From NCBI GenBank assembly GCA_964016885.1, contig OZ024744.1, positions 15,872,001 to 15,936,000 of the forward strand: a DNA stretch of 64,000 nucleotides. Reading direction: 5' to 3'. Origin of the DNA: Eledone cirrhosa (Eukaryota). The notes beneath the pieces are model-generated. The model was not told the origin of the DNA, made no database searches, and was given only the letters and a program-made list of their open reading frames with translations. A program made the translations under genes and the position numbers. Shown piece by piece: positions 54,601-64,000 of the stretch; the first letter of the stretch is position 1; every line of letters begins with the position of its first letter.

Positions 54601-57600
54601 TGAAGGAAGTTGGAGAAGGATAATATGAAGGAAGTTTGAGAAGGAGAATATGAAGGAAGTTGGAGGAGGAGAGTATGAAGGAAGTTGGAGAAGGAGAATC
54701 TGACGGACGTTGGAGAAGGAGAGTAGGAAGGAAGTTGAAGGAGGAGAATATTAAAGAAGTTGGAAAAGGAGAGTATGAAGGAAGTTGGAGAAGGAGACTA
54801 TGAAGGAAGTTGGAGAAGGAAAGTATGAAGGAAGTTGGAGAAGGAGAGTATGAAGGAAGTTGGAGAAGGAGATTATGAAGGAAGTTGGAGAAGGCGAGTA
54901 TGAAGGAAGTTGGAGAAGGAGCGTATGATGGAAGTTGGAGAAGGAGATTATGAAGGAAGTTGAATAAGGAGAATATGAAGGAAGTTGGAGAAGGAGAGCA
55001 TGAAGGAAGTTGGAGAAGGAGAGTATGAAGGGGGCTGGAGGAGGAGAATATGAAGGAAGTTGGAGAAGGAGAGTATGAAGGAAGTTGGAGAAGTAGAATA
55101 TGAAGGAAGTTGGGGAAGAAGGTATAAAGGAAGTTGGAGAAGGAGAGTCTGAAGGATGTTGGAGATGGAGAGTATGAAGGAAGTTGAAGAAGGAGAGTAT
55201 GAAGGAAGTTGGAGAAGTAGAGTATGAAGGAAGTTGGAGATGGAGAGTATGAAGGAAGTTGAATAAGGAGAATATCAAGGAAGTTGAAGAAGGAGAATAT
55301 GAAGGAAGTTGGAGAAGGAGAGTATGAAGGAAGTTGAAGGAAGAAAATATGAAGGAAGTTGGAGAAGGAGAGTATGAAGGAAGTTGGAGAAGGAGACTAT
55401 GAAGGAAGTTGGAGAAGGAAAGTATGAAGGAAGTTGGAGAAGGAGAGTATGAAGGAAGTTGGAGAAGGAGATTATGAAGGAAGTTGAAGAAGGAGAATAT
55501 GAAGGAAGTTGCAGAAGGATAATATGAAGGAAGTTGGAGAAGGAGAGTATGAAGGAAGTTGGAGGAGGAGAGTATGAAGGAAGTTGGAGAAGGAGAATAT
55601 GAAGGAAATTGGAGAAGGAGCGTATGAAGGAAGTTGGAGAAAAAGAATATGAAGGAAGTTGTGGAAGAAGGTATGAAGGAAGTTGGAGAAGGAGAGTATG
55701 AAGAAAGTTGGAGAAGGAGAGTATGAAGGAAGTTGAAGGAAGAAAATATGAAGGAAGTTGGAGGAGGAGAATATGAAGGAAGTTGGAGAAGGAGAATATG
55801 AAGGAAGTTGGAGAAGGAAAATATGAAGGATGTTGGAGAAGGATAATATGAAAGAAGTTGGAGAAGGAGAGTATGAAGGAAGTTGTAGAAGGAGCGTATG
55901 AAGGAAGTTGGAGAAGGAGATTATGAAGGAAGTTGGAGAAGGAGAGTATGAAGGAAGTTGCAGAAGGAGCGTATGAAGGAAGTTGGAGAAGGAGAGTATG
56001 AAGGAAGTTGAAGGAAGAAAATATGAAGTAAGTTGGAGGAGGAGAATATGAAGGAATTTGGAGAAGGAAAATATGAAGGATGTTGGAGAAGGATAATATG
56101 AAAGACGTTGGAGAAGGAGAGTATGAAGGAAGTTGTAGAAGGAGCGTATGAAGGAAGTTGGGGAAGAAGGTATGAAGGAAGTTGGAGAAGGAGAGTATGA
56201 AGGAAGTTGGAGAAGCAGAGTATGAAGGAAGTTGGAGAAGGAGAGTATGAAGTAAGTTGAAGAAGGAGAATAAGAAGGAAGTTGGAGAAGGAGAGTATGA
56301 AGGAAGTTGTAGGAGGAGAATATGAAGGAATTTGAAGAAGGAGAATCTGAAGGAAGTTGGAGAAAGAGAGTATGAAGAAAGTTGAAGGAGGAGAATATGA
56401 AGGAAGTTGAAGGAGGAGAATATGAAGGAAGTTGAAGAAAGAGAATCTGAAGGAAGTTTGAGAAGGAGAGTATGAAGGACGTTGAAGAAGGAGAATCTGA
56501 AGGAAGTTGGAGAAGGAGAGTATGAAGGAAGTTGGGGGAGAAGAATATGAAGGAAGTTGAAGGAGGAGAATATGAACGAAGTTGAAGAAGGAGAATCAGA
56601 AGGAAGTTGGAGAAGGAGAGAATGAAGCAAGTTGAATAAGGAGAATCTGAAAGAAGTTGGAGAAGGAGAGTATGAAGGAAGTTGGAGAAGGAGAATCTGA
56701 AGGAAGTTGGAGAAGGAGAGTATGAAGGAAGTTGAAGGTGAAGTATATGAAGGAAGTTGAAGAAGGAGAATCTGAAGGAAGTTGGAGAAAATGAGTATGA
56801 AGGAAGTTGGGGAAGAAGGTATGAAGGAAGTTGGAGAAGAAGAATATGAATTAAGTTGGGGAAGAAGGTATGAAAGAAGTTGGAGAAGGAGAATATGAAG
56901 GAAGTTGAATGAGGAGAATATGAAGGAAGTTGAAGAAGAATATGAAAGAAGTTGGAGAAGGAGAGTATGCAGGAAGTTAGAGAAGGAGAGTGTGATTGAA
57001 GTTGGAGAAGGAGAGTATGAAGGAAGTTGGAGAAGGAGAATATGAAGGAAGATGGAAAAGGAGAGTATGAAGGAGGTTGGAGGAGGAGAGTATGAAAGAA
57101 GTTGGAGATGGAGAATATGAAGGAAGTTGGAGAAGGATAATATGAAGGAAGTTGGAGGAGGAGAGTATGAAGGAAGTTGGAGAAGGAGAATCTGACGGAC
57201 GTTGGAGAAGGAGAGTAGGAAAGAAGTTGGAGAAGGATAATATGAAGGAAGTTGGATAAGGAGAATATGACGGAAGTTGAAGGAGGAGAATATTAAAGAA
57301 GTTGGAAAAGGAGAGTATGAAGGAAGTTGGAGAAAGAGAATCTGAAGGAAGTTGGAGAAGGAAAGTATGAAGGAAGTTGGAGAAGGAGAGTATGAAGGAA
57401 GTTGGAGAAGGAGCTTATGTAGGAAGTTGGAGAAGGAGAGTATGAAGGAAGTTGGAGAAGGAGCGTATGATGGAAGTTGGAGAAGGAGATTATGAAGGAA
57501 GTTGAATAAGGAGAATATGAAGGAAGTTGGAGAAGGAGAGTGTGAAGGAAGTTGGAGAAGGAGAGTATGAAGGGGGCTGGAGGAGCAGAATATGAAGGAA

Positions 57601-60600
57601 GTTGGAGAAGGAGAGTATGAAGGAAGTTGGAGGACTAGAATATGAAGGAAGTTGGGGAAGAAGGTATGAAGGAAGTTGGAGAAGGAGAGTATGAAGGAAG
57701 TTGAAAAAGGAGAATCTGAAAGAAGTTGGAGAAGGAGAGTATGAAGGAAGTTGGAGAAGGAGAATATGAAGGAAGTTGGAGGAGGAGAACATGAAGGAAG
57801 TTGGAGAAGGAGAGTATGAAGGAAGTTGGAGAAGGAGAGTATGAAGGAAGTTGGAGAAGGAGAGTATGAAGGAAGTTGGAGAAGGAGAATATGAAGGAAG
57901 TTGAAGGAGTAGAATATGAAGAAAGTTGGAAAAGGAGAGTATGAAGGAAGTTGGAGAAGGAGAATCAGAAGGAATTCGGAGAAGGAGAGTATGAAGGAAG
58001 TTGAAGGAGGAGAATATGAAGGAAGTTGAAGAAGGAGAATCTGAAGGAAGTTGGAGAAGGAGAGTATGAAGGAAGTTGAAGAAAGAGAATCTGAAGGAAG
58101 TTGGAGAAGGAGAGTATGAAGGAAGTTGGGGGAGGAGAACATGAAGGAAGTTGAAGTAGGAGAATATGAACGAAGTTGGAGAAGGAGAAACATGAAGGAA
58201 TTTGAAGGGGGAGAATATGAAGGAAGTTGAAGAAGGAGAATCAGAAAGAAGTTGGAAAAGGATAGTATGAAAGAATTTGGTGAAGGAGAATATGAAGAAA
58301 GTTGGAGAAGGAGAGAATGAAGGAAGTTGAAGGAGGAGAATATGAAGTAAGTTGAAGAAGGAGAATCTGAAGGAAGTTGGAGAAGGAGAGTATGAAGGAA
58401 GTTGAAGAAGGAGAATCTGAAGGAAGTTGGAGAAGGAGAATATGAAGGAAGTTGGAGGAGAGTATGAAGGAAGTTGGAGAAGGAGAATATGAAGGAAGTT
58501 GAAGGAGGGGAATATAAACGAATTTGGAGAAGGAGAATATGAACGAAGTTGGAGAAGGAGAGTATGAAGGAAGTTGGAGAAGGAGAATATGAAGGAAATT
58601 GAAGGAGGAGAATATGAACGAAGTTGGAGAAGGAGAGTATGAAGGAAGTTGAAGGAGGAGAATATGAAGGAAGTTGAAGAAGGAGAATCAGAAGGAAGTT
58701 GGAGAAGGAGAGTATGAGGAAGTTGGAGGAGGAGAATCTGAAGTTGGAGAAGGAGAGTATGAAGGAAGTTGAAGGAGAAGAATATGAAGGAAGTTGAAGA
58801 AGGAGAATCTGAAGGAAGTTGGAGAAGGAGAGTATGAAGGAAGTTGAAGAAGGAGAATCTGAAGGAAGTTGGAGGAGAGTATGAAGGAAGTTGGAGAAGG
58901 AGAGTATGAAGGAAGTTGAAGGAGGAGAATATGAAGGAAGTTGAAGAAGGAGAAACAGAAGGAAGTTGGAGAAGGAGAGTATGAAGGATGTTGAAAAAGG
59001 AGAATTTGAAAGAAGTTGGAGAAGGAGAGTATGAAGGAAGTTGGAGAAGGAGAATATGAAGGAAGTTGGAGGAGAGTATGAAGGAAGTTGGAGAAGGAGA
59101 GTATGAAGGAAGTTGAAGGAGGAGAATATGAAGGAAGTTGAAGAAGGAGAATCAGAAGGAAGTTGGAGAAGGAGAGTATGAAGGATGTTGAAAAAGGAGA
59201 ATTTGAAAGAAGTTGGAGAAGGAGAGTATGAAGGAAGTTGGAGAAGGAGAATATGAAGGAAGTTGGACAAGGAGAGTATGAAGGAAGTTGGAGAAGGAGA
59301 ACATGAAGAAAGTTGAAGGAAGAAAATATGAAGGAAGTTGGAGGAGGAGAATATGAAGGAAGTTGGAGAAGGAGAATATGAAGGAAGTTGGAGAAGGAAA
59401 ATATGAAGGATGTTGGAGAAGGATAATATGAAAGAAGTTGGAGAAGGAGAGTATGAAGGAAGTTGTAGAAGGAGCGTATGAAGGAAGTTGGAGAAGGAGA
59501 TTATGAAGGAAGTTGGAGAAGGAGAGTATGAAGGAAGTTGCAGAAGGAACGTATGAAGGAAGTTGGAGAAGGAGAGTATGAAGGAAGTTGAAGGAAGAAA
59601 ATATGAAGGAAGTTGGAGGAGGAGAATATGAAGGAATTTGGAGAAGGAAAATATGAAGGATGTTGGAGAAGGATAATATGAAAGAAGTTGGAGAAGGAGA
59701 GTATGAAGGAAGTTGTAGAAGGAGCGTATGAAGGAAGTTGGGGAAGAAGGTATGAAGGAAGTTGGAGAAGGAGAGTATGAAGGAAGTTGGAGAAGCAGAG
59801 TATGAAGGAAGTTGGAGAAGGAGAGTATGAAGTAAGTTGAAGAAGGAGAATAAGAAGGAAGTTGGAGAAGGAGAGTATGAAGGAAGTTGTAGGAGGAGAA
59901 TATGAAGGAATTTGAAGAAGGAGAATCTGAAGGAAGTTGGAGAAAGAGAGTATGAAGGAAGTTGAAGGAGGAGAATATGAAGGAAGTTGAAGGAGGAGAA
60001 TATGAAGGAAGTTGAAGAAAGAGAATCTGAAGGAAGTTGGAGAAGGAGAGTATGAAGGACGTTGAAGAAGGAGAATCTGAAGGAAGTTGGAGAAGGAGAG
60101 TATGAAGGAAGTTGGGGGAGGAGAATATGAAGGAAGTTGAAGGAGGAGAATATGAACGAAGTTGAAGAAGGAGAATATGAAGGAAGTTGAAGGAGGAGAA
60201 TATGAAGGAAGTTGAAGAAGGAGAATCAGAAGGAAGTTGGAGAAGGAGAGAATGAAGGAAGTTGAATAAGGAGAATCTGAAAGAAGTTGGAGAAGGAGAG
60301 TATGAAGGAAGTTGGAGAAGGAGAATCTGAAGGAAGTTGGAGAAGGAGAGTATGAAGGAAGTTGAAGGTGAAGTATATGAAGGAAGTTGAAGAAGGAGAA
60401 TCTGAAGGAAGTTGGAGAAAATGAGTATGAAGGAAGTTGGGGAAGAAGGTATGAAGGAAGTTGGAGAAGAAGAATATGAATTAAGTTGGGGAAGAAGGTA
60501 TGAAAGAAGTTGGAGAAGGAGAATATGAAGGAAGTTGAATGAGGAGAATATGAAGGAAGTTGAAGAAGAATATGAAAGAAGTTGGAGAAGGAGAGTATGC

Positions 60601-63600
60601 AGGAAGTTAGAGAAGGAGAGTGTGATTGAAGTTGGAGAAGGAGAGTATGAAGGAAGTTGGAGAAGGAGAATATGAAGGAAGTTGGAAAAGGAGAGTATGA
60701 AGGAGGTTGGAGGAGGAGAGTATGAAAGAAGTTGGAGATGGAGAATATGAAGGAAGTTGGAGAAGGATAATATGAAGGAAGTTGGAGGAGGAGAGTATGA
60801 AGGAAGTTGGAGAAGGTGAATCTGACGGACGTTGGAGAAGGAGAGTAGGAAAGAAGTTGGAGAAGGATAATATGAAGGAAGTTGGATAAGGAGAATATGA
60901 CGGAAGTTGAAGGAGGAGAATATTAAAGAAGTTGGAAAAGGAGAGTATGAAGGAAGTTGGAGAAAGAGAATCTGAAGGAAGTTGGAGAAGGAGCTTATGT
61001 AGGAAGTTGGAGAAGGAGAGTATGAAGGAAGTTGGAGAAGGAGCGTATGATGGAAGTTGGAGAAGGAGATTATGAAGGAAGTTGAATAAGGAGAATATGA
61101 AGGAAGTTGGAGAAGGAGAGTGTGAAGGAAGTTGGAGAAGGAGAGTATGAAGGGGGCTGGAGGAGCAGAATATGAAGGAAGTTGGAGAAGGAGAGTATGA
61201 AGGAAGTTGGAGAAGTAGAATATGAAGGAAGTTGGGGAAGAAGGTATGAAGGAAGTTGGAGAAGGAGAGTATGAAGGAAGTTGAAAAAGGAGAATATGAA
61301 AGAAGTTGGAGAAGGAGAGTATGAAGGAAGTTGGAGAAGGAGAATATGAAGGAAGTTGGAGGAGGAGAACATGAAGGAAGTTGGAGAAGGAGAGTATGAA
61401 GGAAGTTGGAGAAGGAGAGTATGAAGGAAGTTGGAGAAGGAGAGTATGAAGGAAGTTGGAGAAGGAGAATATGAAGGAAGTTGAAGGAGTAGAATATGAA
61501 GAAAGTTGGAAAAGGAGAGTATGAAGGAAGTTGGAGAAGGAGAATCAGAAGGAATTCGGAGAAGGAGAGTATGAAGGAAGTTGAAGGAGGAGAATATGAA
61601 GGAAGTTGAAGAAGGAGAATCTGAAGGAAGTTGGAGAAGGAGAGTATGAAGGAAGTTGAAGAAAGAGAATCTGAAGGAAGTTGGAGAAGGAGAGTATGAA
61701 GGAAGTTGGGGGAGGAGAACATGAAGGAAGTTGAAGTAGGAGAATATGAACGAAGTTGGAGAAGGAGAAACATGAAGGAATTTGAAGGGGGAGAATATGA
61801 AGGAAGTTGAAGAAGGAGAATAAGAAAGAAGTTGGAAAAGGATAGTATGAAAGAATTTGGTGAAGGAGAATATGAAGGAAGTTGAAGGAGGAGAATATGA
61901 AGGAAGTTGAAGAAGGAGAAACAGAAGGAAGTTGGAGAAGGAGAGTATGAAGGATGTTGAAAAAGGAGAATTTGAAAGAAGTTGGAGAAGGAGAGAATGA
62001 AGGAAGTTGAAGGAGGAGAATATGAAGTAAGTTGAAGAAGGAGAATCTGAAGGAAGTTGGAGAAGGAGAGTATGAAGGAAGTTGAAGAAGGAGAATCTGA
62101 AGGAAGTTGGAGAAGGAGAATATGAAGGAAGTTGGAGGAGAGTATGAAGGAAGTTGGAGAAGGAGAATATGAAGGAAGTTGAAGGAGGGGAATATAAACG
62201 AATTTGGAGAAGGAGAATATGAACGAAGTTGGAGAAGGAGAGTATGAAGGAAGTTGAAGGAGGAGAATATGAAGGAAGTTGAAGAAGGAGAATCAGAAGG
62301 AAGTTGGAGAAGGAGAGTATGAGGAAGTTGGAGGAGGAGAATCTGAAGGAAGTTGGAGAAGGAGAGTATGAAGGAAGTTGAAGGAGAAGAATATGAAGGA
62401 AGTTGAAGAAGGAGAATCTGAAGGAAGTTGGAGAAGGAGAGTATGAAGGAAGTTGAAGAAGGAGAATCTGAAGGAAGTTGGAGGAGAGTATGAAGGAAGT
62501 TGGAGAAGGAGAGTATGAAGGAAGTTGAAGGAGGAGAATATGAAGGAAGTTGAAGAAGGAGAAACAGAAGGAAGTTGGAGAAGGAGAGTATGAAGGATGT
62601 TGAAAAAGGAGAATTTGAAAGAAATTGGAGAAGGAGAGTATGAAGGAAGTTGGAGAAGGAGAATATGAAGGAAGTTGGAGGAGAGTATGAAGGAAGTTGG
62701 AGAAGGAGAGTATGAAGGAAGTTGAAGGAGGAGAATATGAAGGAAGTTGAAGAAGGAGAATCAGAAGGAAGTTGGAGAAGGAGAGTATGAAGGATGTTGA
62801 AAAAGGAGAATTTGAAAGAAGTTGGAGAAGGAGAGTATGAAGGAAGTTGGAGAAGGAGAATATGAAGGAAGTTGGACAAGGAGAGTATGAAGGAAGTTGG
62901 AGAAGGAGAACATGAAGAAAGTTGAAGGAGGAGAATATGAAGGAAGATGGAGGAGGAGAGTATGAAGGAAGTTGGAGAAGGAGAGTATGAAGGAAGTTGG
63001 AGAAGGAGAATCTGAAGGAAGTTTGAGAAGGAGAGTATGAAGGAAGTTGAAGGAGAAGAATATGAAGGAAGTTGAAGAAGGAGAAACAGAAGGAAGTTGG
63101 AGAAGGAGAGTATGAAGGATGTTGAAAAAGGAGAATTTGAAAGAAGTTGGAGAAGGAGAGTATGAAGGAAGTTGGAGAAGGAGAATATGAAGGAAGTTGG
63201 AGGACAGTATGAAGGAAGTTTGAGAAGGAGAGTATGAAGGAAGTTGAAGGAGGAGAATATGAAGGAAGTTGAAGAAGGAGAAACAGAAGGAAGTTGGAGA
63301 AGGAGAGTATGAAGGATGTTGAAAAAGGAGAATTTGAAAGAAGTTGGAGAAGGAGAGTATGAAGGAAGTTTGAGAAGGAGAGTATGAAGGAAGTTGAAGT
63401 AAGAGAATCTGAAGGAAGTTGGACAAGGAGAGTATGAAGGAAGTTGGAGAAGGAGAACATGAAGAAAGTTGAAGGAGGAGAATATAAACGAATTTGGAGG
63501 AGACTATGAAGGAAGTTGGAGAATGAAAATCTGAAGGAAGTTGGAGAAGGAGAGTATGAAGGAAGTTTGAGAAGGAGAGTATGAAGGAAGTTGGAGAAGG

Positions 63601-64000
63601 AGAATCTGAAGGAAGTTTGAGAAGGAGAGTATGAAGGAAGTTGAAGGAGAAGAATATGAAGGAAGTTGAAGTAAGAGAATCTGAAGGAAGTTGGAGAAGG
63701 AGAATATGAAGGAAGTTGAAGGAGGAGAATATGAAGGAAGTTGGAGAAGGAGAATCAGAAGGAAGTTGGAGAAGCACAGAATGAAGGAAGTTGAAGAAGG
63801 AGAATCTGAAAGAATTTGGAGAAGGAGAGTATGAAGGAAGTTGAAGAAGGAGAATCTGAAAGAAGTTGGAGAAGGAGAGTATGAAGGAAGTTGAAGGAGA
63901 AGAATATGAAGGAAGTTGAAGAAGGAGAATCTGAAGGAAGTTGGAGAAGGAGAGTATGAAGGAAGTTGGAGAAGGAGAGTATGAAGGAAGTTGGAGAAGG
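18698..64000. repeat. 25-bp purine-rich satellite array (consensus GAAGGAAGTTGGAGAAGGAGAGTAT), ~1,800 monomers, runs off the window end
   Basis: Continuous head-to-tail monomers in one orientation; 22- and 24-bp variants; 25-aa periodicity of minus-strand translations equals 3 monomers; copy number estimated from 45.3 kb / 25. Confidence 0.98.

Noticed and set aside
18627-63777. Very long minus-strand ORFs (up to 1828 aa) rich in S/F/L/P
   Set aside because: The satellite's pyrimidine strand lacks stop codons in all three frames; ORFs overlap in different frames with the same 25-aa period, so they are compositional artefacts
18698-64000. Hammerhead cores in satellite variants (CTGAAGGA, CTGAAAGA)
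   Set aside because: They do not match CUGANGA, and the purine-rich strand cannot form the required stems

Overview
Eukaryotic, repeat-dominated window with no recognisable host protein-coding gene; the SINE motif and microsatellite density suggest an octopus (inference). Bases 1-18.7 kb hold a decayed near-full-length Tx1/L1-clade LINE (~79-4590), scrambled RTE-clade LINE fragments, two SINE remnants, an 8-bp GT-rich array, a 42/45-bp minisatellite and many (TA)n/(CA)n/(AAC)n tracts. Bases ~18.7-64 kb are one uninterrupted, purine-rich 25-bp satellite (GAAGGAAGTTGGAGAAGGAGAGTAT) with kb-scale higher-order duplications; its long minus-strand ORFs are artefacts. The most notable signal is a set of four sequence-unrelated, short, ORF-less elements. 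Each lies beside (TA)n and carries a type I hammerhead-ribozyme fold. Three are long inverted repeats (4713-5279, 10883-11225, 16747-17199) with the ribozyme in both arms and AATAAA downstream, the architecture of Penelope-like element pseudo-LTRs or retrozyme-like elements. All folds were read by eye and are untested.
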